Shown piece after piece: positions 7,934 to 19,900 of a stretch of DNA of 48,066 nucleotides. The stretch covers positions 1 to 48,066 of the IMG/VR virus record IMGVR_UViG_3300004369_000027. One strand, 5' to 3'. The stretch is from a virus. Taxonomy: Duplodnaviria > Caudoviricetes. Made by a program: the position numbers and the translations under genes. The notes beneath the pieces were generated by a model that worked only from the letters and a program-made list of their open reading frames with translations, did no database searches and was not told the DNA's origin. Numbering within the stretch: the first letter of the stretch is position 1; each line of letters opens with the position of its first letter.

Positions 7934-10900
7934 ATGCCTTTAGTATATAACGAAGAAAAAGGAGTTTGGGAATTTGGAGAAGATCCAAAATTCAAAACTA
8001 AATCTGAAGCACAAGCATATAGTAATAATAGACAAGCTTCTTTACAAGATAGCATTAGAAGGTCTATGGGTGTAGGCCCTTCAGACTTACAAACCCTTGC
8101 TAGAGAATCAGGTACTAAAAAAGCCTTAGAAGAACAAGGTTATGATTATGATGAAATGTTTGAGGCTACACCTTATACTCCTGGTGGTACATCAGGAGGT
8201 TATGAAGCTCCAGAATTAGAAGGAGAAGAGGCAGTAGCTTATCAAAAAGCATCTGAAAAACTAGGTTATAAACCTGGGGTTTATTCAGATACTCAAGATT
8301 TATTAGCTGAAGATCAAGGTAATGTTAGCCAAATAGTAAATGGTACTATTAAATTGGCAGGTAAAACAGCTACTAATGTAGCTGGTTCTATTATAGGTAC
8401 AGCTTATGGTATAGGTTCTGCAATAGTAAATGGCTCTTTTTCTAGTTTCTATGATAATGATTTCCAAAGAGCATTAGATGAAGCCAATGCTGCTATGGAT
8501 GAGTATCTTCCTAACTATGTTAGAAAAGAAGTAGAAGACTATTCTCTGCTTGAGCAAATGGGTACTACTAACTTCTGGGCTAATGACTTTTTAGGAGGTA
8601 TGTCTTTTGTAGCAGGTGCAGTTATATCAGAGTATTTAACTGCTGGTCTAGCTTCATCTATGATTATACCTAGAGCTGCAAAGACTTTAAAATACGTTGA
8701 CAAAGCTGAAGATGTTGCTAAAGGATATCAAGCAGCTGCTTTTGGTAGAAATATAGGTTTAGGGGTAACAGATAAAACCCTTAAGAATTTAGGAAACTTT
8801 GCAAGGCAAACAGCTGTAGGTTCATTCTATGAAGCTGGTGTAGAAGCTAGACATTTTGTAGATGAAGCAAAGAAAAACTACATTAGTGAAATGCAACAAA
8901 AAGAAGGCAGAGACCCTTCTGCTGAAGAGCTATCTGCATTTATGGATAATGCTCACATTGTGGGTAATTCTTTATTTGCTGCTAATGCTGCTTTAGTATC
9001 ATTAAACAACATTGTTACATTACCTAATAGCTTTGGGCCAGGATTAACTAAAAGATTTGGAAAGGGTGCTTCACAAGATGTAGCTAATAAGTCTGCATTT
9101 GATAAAGGTATCTTTGGGACTAAAGAAGCTAATGTAATACCTACTAAATCATTATCTGCAAAAGAACTTAAAACTGCTGCTGCTAATTTAAAAGTGTCTG
9201 TTGATGATGTCAAAGCTATGACTGTAATCAATAAAAAAGCACTTAGAAGTACTAGTAAATTAGGAAAGACTTTAAATGGTCTAAGAACTACAGGTAAAAT
9301 ACTTGAGCAAGGTTTTGCAGAAGGTGTATGGGAAGAAGGTATGCAAGGAGCCTTAAGTGGTGGTGCCTTAGAATATGTTACTAACTTCTATGACCCTGAA
9401 GCTAAAGATGATAACCTTAGTGTTATGTCTGCATTTGCATCAGGTTTACATGATGCATATGGAACTAAAGAAGGATTAAAAGAAGTAGTTATTGGTGCTA
9501 TATTAGGTTTAACAGGTTTTGCAGGCCCTGGTGGTTGGCAAGGTGGTATCTATGGTACAATAAAAGAAGAAAAGCAAAAGCAAAATCAAATAGATAAACT
9601 TGTAGAAACAGTTAATCAAAGTAAAGATTTTGGCTCTATTTTTAAAGGTATGTACCTAGCTGGTCAGCAAAGACTAGTAGCTACAAAAAAGATGGATAAA
9701 GCTGCTGAGCTTAATGACATGTTCAAATATAAGAATGCAGAGAATGATGCATTTATGGGATATGTCTTAGGTAGAACAGAAGCTGGAATGTATGATAGTA
9801 TTGAAGAAGATTTAGTCAATACTGTAAACAAAATGAGCAATGAAGAATTTGCTCAGGAGTTTGGTTATGAAAACATGACTAATGATGAAATCACTAAAAG
9901 AAAAAATGAAGCCATAGTAGAAACTAAAGCTAGAGCTAAACAAATTAGAGATGGTTTATTAACTGCTAAAAACATTACTAACTCTGAAGATGTAGCTTTA
10001 AACCATGGTTTAGCTTGGACTATTAGTACATTAGATAATATTGATAGGAGAGAAGCATCATTAGGAGAATTAGTATCTACATATGCTGGAAGATCTATCA
10101 GAAATGAAGATCTTAAAAACTATATTCAAATAGGATTAGCTTTAGATGAAACCAAAGCTATAAAAGAATATACAAGAATTATAGCTGAAATTAATAAGAA
10201 GAATCTACAAAAAGCAGATGGCACTTTTAGCCAAATGTGGATGGGTAGAGAAACTACTCTTATTGGTGACAGAATTAAAATTGATAGACTAGACAAAGAA
10301 ATAGCTGAACTTCAAAAACAAAAAAGAGAACTAGCTAAAGAGATGCTAGGCATTCTTAAAAAAGGTACTTCTTTAACTTACAATAATGATGTAGATGCTT
10401 TTGGTCAAGACCTAGATATATTTCTAGATACTAAAGATAAAATTAACTTACAAGCTAAAAGACCTACATTTGCTGAAAGAGCTGGTACACCTCAAGACCC
10501 TAGAAAGGTATATGAAGATTTAAAGAAACTTGCTAAATATAGAGAACAAGTTATTACTGAATATAATTTCTTTTTATCTAAAGAAGGCAGAAAAGATTTT
10601 GTAGCTACTATAAACAATATTAATAAGTTAGCTGATAAAGAAAGGTTATTTGAAGAGTTTGCAATTGCAGCTTCTGTAACTCCTATAACTCCTGATACTA
10701 AGGTAAGAGAAATCCAAGAAGCTGCTTTTAGGATTAGAGGTAATAGTTTTATTACGCAAGCAATAAAAGAAGAAAAAGCTGCTGATATGGTTCCAGCAGA
10801 TAATACTATAGCTAACTTAAATTCTCGTATTCAAAAAAGTGATGCTAGCCAACAATTTAAAAGTTGGATGGATGACTTTAAAAAAGGACATGATGAATTA

Positions 10901-13900
10901 CTAAATACTGATCAAATAAAAGAACTTCTTAATTACTGCAAAACTAAACTAGCAGAAGCTAAAAAGTTTGCTAATAGTTTTAAAGATACACAAGAAGGAG
11001 AAAACTTTGAAGAGTTCTTAAGTACAAATTTGCTACAAAATAGAATTAAAGAGTTAGAGGATTTCTTAAAAGCTCAAGGAGTACCTGTTACAAAAAGTAC
11101 AGGTGGCTTTGTACCTATTATTGAAAAGTCATCTCAACTGCATACTGTTAAGCCTGATACTAGCAGCAAAGAAGCTATGGAGATTTTAAAATCTCTAACT
11201 GCTGCAGATGTTAAAAACTTTAAAGATGTAACTATTGAATTAGTTACAGATTCTGAAGGTGGTAAAATTGTTAACCCTCAAGATGCAGAAGGAAATGAAG
11301 TAGAGCAAGGGGTTAAAATAAGAAAAGGATATAATAACAAACAACAGCAACTAGCTGTTAAATATAAAGGAACTATTATTGGATATATCTATGATCCTAA
11401 TAGGTATCAGTTTGATGATGGTGCTGGAGGGCTAAGAAACTTTAATAAAACTGCTGCAGATTTAGAAAAGCTAAACCCTGCTTTTGTACAAATGGAGAAT
11501 GGAGTTATGGTTCCTTCTGCATTAGGTGATGATTTTATTAACACTTATAATGCCTTAACATCTTTCTGGACTATTGCAGATAAAGCCTTTGAAAGTAATT
11601 TAACCTTACCTTCTGATTTACTAGATAAATTTTTATTCCTTAATCACTCAGTTAAGTATTTGTCTAATGCTTCTGAATCTTTAGATTCTATATCTAGTAA
11701 CCCTAATCTACAAATAAAAGATCCTAAAGGTAATTCCACTAGGCCTATTATTTTTAGACAATATGACCAAAACATTTTTGTCTATAATGAAGATACAAAA
11801 AACTACGAGCTAGTTTCTCCTGATGATTATGAGTACTACTATAATAATTATATTGAAACATCTAAAAAGAATATAGATAATTTATCTAACCAGTACATAA
11901 TTGTTGGTAACCCTGAAGCTGATGTACATGTAATAGGTTTGTCATATAGTGAAGTACCAGTTACTGAATCTATTGTAGAAAACATCCAAGATACTTATGG
12001 TGCATTTAAAGAAAATGTAGAGAGAAAAGTAAAAGAGAATGATAAAACTACAAAAGATGATTTAGATATATTCCCTGTTAATACAGGATTTATTGCTGCT
12101 AAAAATGCTGCAGGTGTTAGGATTAGTTTAAGTTTCAGTAGGTATCAAAGTATTCAACAAACTAAAGAAGGTAAGATTATACCTAAACCTAACCTAGTAG
12201 TTCAATTATATACTAGAGCTAATAGAAACGCAGGTCAAGGTGGAACTTACTTTAACTTATATAGAGATAAAGAAAAGGATAAACCTGTATCTAGCATTAG
12301 GTTAGTTGAGGGTGTAGGATTATTATTTAGAGATAAAACTGGTACTTCTACACTTATTAACAATAATGAAGAACTAGCTAAAGCATTAACTATAGCTATC
12401 AGTGATAGACTAGAAGCTTATGGTGAAGAGGGTCTTGAAATAACAGCCTTCCAACAAATGCCTGAAATTAGAGAAGAAAATAATGAAGGTAAAAATGTTG
12501 TAGTAGGATTAGAAACAGACAAGCTAAATGTAAGGGTAGACTTAATGAGTTCTCTTAGCTTTAGACCTAGAGGTATTACTCCTGCATCTAGTGCTAGTGC
12601 ACCTAGTAAGCCAACAGGAAATGCAGATAGTAAATTAGCTAAAGAAATTATTGAAGAAATAGATAAGATAAACACTGCTACAGCTGATGACCAAGAAGTA
12701 GCAAAAAAACTATTAGATGCAATACAAAAAGCTGTTAAAGGTCAACCTACTGTATCTTTATTAATAGCTACAAAAGTAGGTGCTTTAAAGGCTTATATCA
12801 ATAAAGTATTTGTAACTTCTGTAAGCAAAACTTCTACAAAACAATCACCTTTTTCAAGTGTAGAAGCAACTGCTAAGGCGTTGGAGAGTCTAAATGAAGA
12901 TGAAATAAAGCAGGCTATATACCCTAATTCTTTAGGCTATATGTCCAATCAATCTATCTCCGAAGCCTATCACGCAGACAAAGCAGCAGGCAAGGAAACA
13001 GAATTAACTAAAGCAGTAGAAAAATTATTAGGTAAGCAATCATCTGTTTCTGAATTAACTCCAAGTAGTTTCAAAAATGAAGCAGAGCTTCAAGAAGCTT
13101 ATAATGCTAGAGCAGCTAAGCAAGAAGAAGCTGATAAGAGAAGAGCTGAAATTAAAAATGAAGCAGGTGCTGGATGGAGAAAAGCTCTTGGAACTGATCC
13201 TAAACTTCAAGCTATTAATAAAGAGATAGATGACCTAACTAAAAAAATACAAGAGCTAGAAGCAACAGGGCCAGCATTTAAGATAGAAGAAAATCCTGAT
13301 GGAGAGTTAATTGATTTTGAACAAGCTTTTATAAATCTAAGCAGAATATTACCTACTAATGTAATTAGCTTTAAAGAGCTAGATACCATTAGAAGAAACC
13401 TAAAAAGAAAAGGGCAAACCTCTGGAGCTTTCTTTAACAAGATAGTATATTTAGCTAGAAATGCTTCTAGAGGTACTGAGTATCATGAAGCTTTTCATGC
13501 AGTAGTTAGAACATTTTTAACTGCTCCTCAGCTTAACTTACTTTATAAAGAAGCTGCTATTAGATATGGCAAACCTACTAAAGAACAACTTACATCTTTA
13601 AAAAATAAATCTGGTGATTACCAAAACCTAACTGCTAGACAATTAGAGTTATTGTGGTATGAAGAGCAGATGGCTGATGAGTTTCAAAGATATGCAGTAA
13701 AAAGAGATAAAGAGTACACAGGAGTTAAAGGCATTATCAAAATGATTTTTGATAAGCTTAAAAGATTTGCTCAATGGGTAACAAATTCTAAAGCAGATAT
13801 TGATGTACTCTTCAATAATATATATGAAGGCCAATTTAAAACAGCCAAAGAAGTAAATGATTTTCCATTATTTTTTGGAAGGGATATTGAAGTGTATAAA

Positions 13901-16900
13901 CTATTGCCAAAGAAATTTGGCATAGGTTACTTAGATGCAACTACTAGCTTAATAGCTTATAACAGAGTAGTTAAAGAGGTTCTAAGAATGAAAGATGAAG
14001 GAGGCCTTATAACTGATGATAAAGTTCAAGATGCTTTAGAATCTGTTATAAATAGATATTATGATATAGAAAGCGATGACTTAATATATGGTGAAATTTT
14101 AGATAGACCTTCTACAAATCAAGATGCAGTGTTTAAAGCTGTAAACAAACTAGAAGAAATTAAAGCAGGTTTAGATGGTTTATTTGAAAGACCTAAAGAC
14201 TTAGCTCAATTTATATATGAAGTAAAAAGAAGAGCTAACTCTGTTAAGTTTGAAGAAAACATAGATGAAGAAGAATATGTAGAAGATGAAACATCTGCAG
14301 ATTTAGGTATTAAAGACAATAGAACATTAGGTGGACTAGGCTCTACATCTAAGCAAATGAGAGAATATATGGCTCTTATGGAGGTACCTATAGATGAATT
14401 TAATCTAGGCCTTACTGAAGAAGAGTTAAACAGTGGAGTATTTACTACCTATATTAATCCTCAAGAGTTATATACTAGTGTAGAAGCTATTATGACTAAC
14501 ACTTGGAGGCCTGATATGTTGAAAAAACTTTCCTACCATGCTCAAGATAATATCAAGATATACCACTTCTATAATAACTTAGCTAGGGATATTAAATCAG
14601 AACTAGGCAGACCTGAGTTAAGTAATGAAGAACTAGCTAATTTGCCTATATCTGAATTATTTAAGTCTAACAAGTTTAACCTATTTATTTCTAACTTTAA
14701 TAAGTACAAGGCTAACCAAATTACAGTTTTAGCAGATCCAAGAAATGGGTTGTCTAAAGTGTTTAGAACAAATATGTATGATGTCCAAGAAAAGCAAGTA
14801 GAAACTTGGTCTAAAAACTGGAGAGCTAATGGATTTAATGATAACCCTGGAGAAGCTAAAGTTATATTAGAAAGTCTTCAAAAGTCTTTAAAGTCATACA
14901 CTAAGCTTCTAAATCCTAATACTGCAGAGGAATATGTTAATCAAATCCAAGCTTATTTTGATGCTTTAGGTATTAAGCTAGCTAAGAACTATATTAGATA
15001 CTCTTTAGCATATGCTAATATTGTAGCTACTAATGAATATGCTAATGCTTATAATAGAGCCGACAGTTTTACTGCTGAATACTTAGATAAGTTAAAAGAT
15101 AACTTTGAGCTATTTAGTGGAGTAGAAGTATTTGATGAAGCTACTGTGCAAGGTATAATTGAATCATTAAAATCAGGTAGCCCTTTCTTAGTAGACTCTA
15201 CAGTTAATGCATTTGATGAAGCTGACAACTTAGAGCAAGTTAAAGATGCTAATACTGCAGTTTCAGGAGCTGTTGGCAGACTTAAAACTATGGCTTTAGG
15301 TAATAGCTACTTTGATGAAACTGTAGGTTCTACTACTGTTCAAAATGCTGATGGGGAAAACCAATATACTCACCTAGCACCTAACTTTTTCTTAATACAA
15401 ACTTTATTCTATCAAAACCCTCAGCTTAGACAATGGGTGTTTACTGAAGATAGAAAAGAAGGATTGCAACAACTAAGAGATGCCTTTAATGCTATGGAAA
15501 GAAATGTAACTGAATATCAGTTAGAATCTTTCTATGATGCAGTAAAAGGTAATCCTATGCTTAATGCTATGATTACTGGAGAAGGTAGTACAAGCTTTCC
15601 TGCAGATAGACAAAAGACAGCAAATAGAGTATTCCAAAACTTTAAGGTAGAGTTTAATGATGGATTAAGAAGAAAGTATTTAGAGACAGTTGAATCTGCT
15701 GATAATAAAACTGCAGTTGTTGCTCAGAACTATAGAGAATCTAATGGAAATGTATTTTTTGATTTAGATACTAGAGCTACTCTATATACTATGATGGCTT
15801 ACTTTGCATCTGATAGTGGCAATACAAAACAAACTACTGTTAATATTCCTGGTCAAGGTGAAGTTAGAGTAACTCCTTTTATTCCTTTACAAATTGAAGC
15901 TAAGAATACACAGATTGCAGTAATGATGCCTGTGAATAAACTAGCAGATAATAACTATGAGTTAAATAGCTCAGGGCAAAAAATGTTAGTTCAGCATTTT
16001 ATGCAGGAGTATAATAGGATTTCTAAGATAGCTAAGGAGATAGCTGAAGATACTGAAAGAGATAGAGTTGATGGATACAACATTAAAATGACTGATAGGG
16101 GAGTAGACTTTTTTAATTTCAAAAAGCTTTCTAAAACTAATCCAAGATTATACGATACTCTTTTAAATGCTGCTAGAGCAGGAGAAGCTTTACCTATATC
16201 AGAAGCACAATTGCAAGATGAATTAAAAAAATTCTTTACCTCTGAATACAATGAGTTTAAAGAATTACTTGGAGAAGAGAATCTAACCTATACAGATAAA
16301 GAAGGTAACACTCGTGTAAACATCTTACCTAATTACTATAAAACTTCTGATTCTACTTTAAATGAATCAACTACAGCTGAGTTTTTCTATAATTCATACA
16401 TTAACTCACTGAACTATAATAATTTAATGTTTGGTGACTTAGCTTATAACTTTAAGAATCCTATTGACTTTGTTAAAAGGATGGCAGGCCCTAATGCTGC
16501 TGGCCCATCTATAGGTTATGGTGAAACTAATGTAGCTATATTAGAAGATGTTTACAATGAAAATGGCACTGAAACTACAAATGCTCAAGCTTATACTTAT
16601 CCTTTTTGGTATACTGATACTTATCTTCAAAGCTTAGGTAAAAACTCTACTGCAGTTAAAAAAATCTGGGATAGAATCACAAAAGGTTATCCTTTAACTG
16701 CTGCTGAAGTTGCTACTCTTAAAGAGGAAGGGGCTATGGCTAATCCTAGAAAGCTTACTACATTTGACCTTTTCTTATATGGTAAGAAATCTGTTAAGGT
16801 ACTTATTAGGTCTGAGGCTTCTAATTTTAAAGGTGGAGAAAAAGCTAGAAAGTATGTAGATACTTTATATGATAGAATTAAAAGATTAGATCGTAATACT

Positions 16901-19900
16901 GATGAATATAGAGAAATAGTTAGAGAAATTCAATCATATTGGGTTGCTAAACCAGGAAGGGAAAACTTACATAGTAAACTTAATAAACTAGAGCTACAAA
17001 ATATTGGTTTAGCTATCCATGCATCAGGTGTTAAGGGAGCTAAAACTAATGTTAATGGAATAGATGCAGCTGAGTATTCAACTATAGTTGTTAATAATCA
17101 GTTTATTAGAGAGCAAGTAGCTACTAACTCTATAAAAGATAAAATTGTACATGGTACTCAGTTAATGCAGCTTATATCTAGTGAGCATGCAGACAATACT
17201 GAAGTAATATTTAGAGGAAAAAATACTGATATAGGTACTCTAAGAAGATACTATAGAACACTTTTAGGAAATAGAGTTCTTGATAGTTTCATGTTAATGA
17301 GGGATTCTATTGTAGATGGAGATATAGCAAAATATAAATATCTTTTAAAATCTTTTGAAGGATCATTAATAGAATCTGGAGCAGATCCAGTTCTTATGGA
17401 ACAGTTTAGAGCTGCTTATGCTCAAGCTGATATGCCTGAGTATAACCTTAATATGCCTAGTGTTGAACAGAAGTTTGAAGCTATGTTCTTATCTTATATG
17501 AGCAAAGGTGTACTAAGTCAAAAAGTTCCTGGACACAAATTAACATTAACTTCTGATGAAGGGTATGATGTATTAAGAGATAAAAATGGAAATGTTCTTC
17601 CAGATAATCTTCCTCTTGCTGCAGTTACTGCTTATCAAAATGATGGTGCACAATTTACAAAATTAAGGTACCATCAAAAAGATAATCAAAAAAATGTTTA
17701 CTATGCAGAGTGTTTAATCTCTGGTCAGCTTTTAACTGAGTTAGGACTTAGACCTGGAGATGAAATTCCTTCATATATGTTAGAATTAGTAGGAGTTAGG
17801 ATTCCTACACAGGATAAACATTCTATGGTTTACCTAAAAGTAGTAGGTGTTTTACCTGCTGAAACAGGGAACCAAATTGTAATGCCTGCTGATATTCTAG
17901 ATTTGTCTGGTGCTGACTTTGACATTGACTCTGAGTTTGTTAGGATTCCTGACTTTTATAGGGATGAAAATAACAATATTCTTATCTATGGTGATTACTT
18001 AAAAAGTAAACAACCTTTAATAACTGCTTTTAATGAATTTGTACAAAGCATTAAGAAACAAGATAAGAGGGTTAAGCAAGACATCAAAGATTTTGAATTA
18101 TCTGATGAAAAGTATATTAAACTAATAGAAGAAAGGAATGCTTTAAAGTTAAGGTTAAAATCTATTGAAGGCAATATTGCAGATAACTACGATGACATAG
18201 CTCTAGCTATGAATTTAGAGCCTACTGTTGAAGATGAAATTGAAGACTTTAGTAATGCTGAAGATGTTATTGCTAACCTTGAAACAGTTGGGATTGGTTT
18301 AAATCAACAGCAGAAAAACATTATTAGAGAAATAGGTGATAAGAATAAACAAATTAAAGCTGCTAAAAAAGAAATAGTTGCTAAAGTTTTAGAGAAAAAC
18401 AATCACCCTTCTACACAAGAAAGCTTTGACTATAAGTATGGTAAACAGGTTGCTGATAATATAAAAGCTTTTAATGAAGGTAAAATTGATGAAATTAAGC
18501 CTATCACTGTTAATGAAATCAACAACCTTACTTTAGATATAGAGAAATCTCTTATCTATAATGAAGGTAATAGCGATGTAGCTACATCTCCTGCTGATGA
18601 TAAGCTGGCTCAAGACTTCATGAAAAAGTACTTTAATGCAGAAGGAGAGGATTCCTCTAATAAGTTTGATAACCCTGCTGATATTAAAACTGCAAGCTCA
18701 CCTACTGATATTCTAAAAGCTAATGCATCTAATAGTATTGGTAAAGACAATGTAGGTATAGCAGCTTTATGGAATGTTATGTATTCTTATTTAAGGAACT
18801 ACAATATTCCTTTAATAAAAGAAGTTGAAAAGGATAATAGAATTATACTAAATGCTAGTGGTATTGACCAAGATATTATAGATATAGTCACAAGTCCTTT
18901 TAATACAGATGTTACTACTGATAAATCTGAAACTAGAAATAGGGTTAGAATTGTACATATCAATTCTACACAGATTACTTTAGCTGTGGATAACGCTAAG
19001 TTTCAGTATGCCTCTTTCTTTAACTTATCTACTGATAACTTAGGTTCAACATTAATACTTACAAGTAAAGGCCTATCTTTTGACAGAGCAATGTTGCTTA
19101 ACATTCAACCTGCATTATTAGAGTATTCTAAAAGAGCAAAAGTAGTAAGTGGGCAGCTAAAAACTGAGGTTGAAGAAAGGGTAACTAAGGCAGGTGTGAT
19201 AAAAGATTTAATTATAGAGTATACAAGTGAGTTAAAAGATATTAAACCTGAAAAGGCTGGTCAAGTAGAGCTAACAGTAGAAAATCTTTACCAAGCTAAA
19301 CTGTTTGGAGAAGGTAAACCTAGTACTTTAGAAAAATGGCAATACTTAGAAATTCAATTAAAAGCATTAGAGGTTTTCAGTATTACTAATGAAGAGTCTA
19401 GTTTCTTAAGAGATTTAGGTAATGTACTAAGCCTTATTAAAGGAGCTAAAACAGACTTTGTTGAAATGAATGGTATATCAGAAAGTTTAAAGAAACTTGG
19501 TATTCAACTTGTTTTAAAGAAAGGTACTAAAGGTTTTGAACCTAGTGACTATGAAATTAAGCATGTGCCTAATTTTAAGGACTTAGCAGTTCCATATGAT
19601 GTACTTCCTATTCTTACTCAAGATGGTTTAGTAAAAACAAACTTACAGGTATTTGCATCTATGATGAGGATAGCTGAAGACTTTGTAATTACTCAAAGTA
19701 AGTTTGCACTTAACACATCTGAAAGAGTAAAGCTCTCATTTAAAACCAAAAAGAATGGTAGTGTACTAAACTATCCTGATAAAGCTAAGACTCTAAAAAA
19801 TCATATGATTGCATTCTTAGCTTCTAAAGCTTATGCTAAAAAGTCTGGTAGAAAGTTTACTTTTGATACTTTATTTGCAGTGACTGGAGAACTAACTGAG

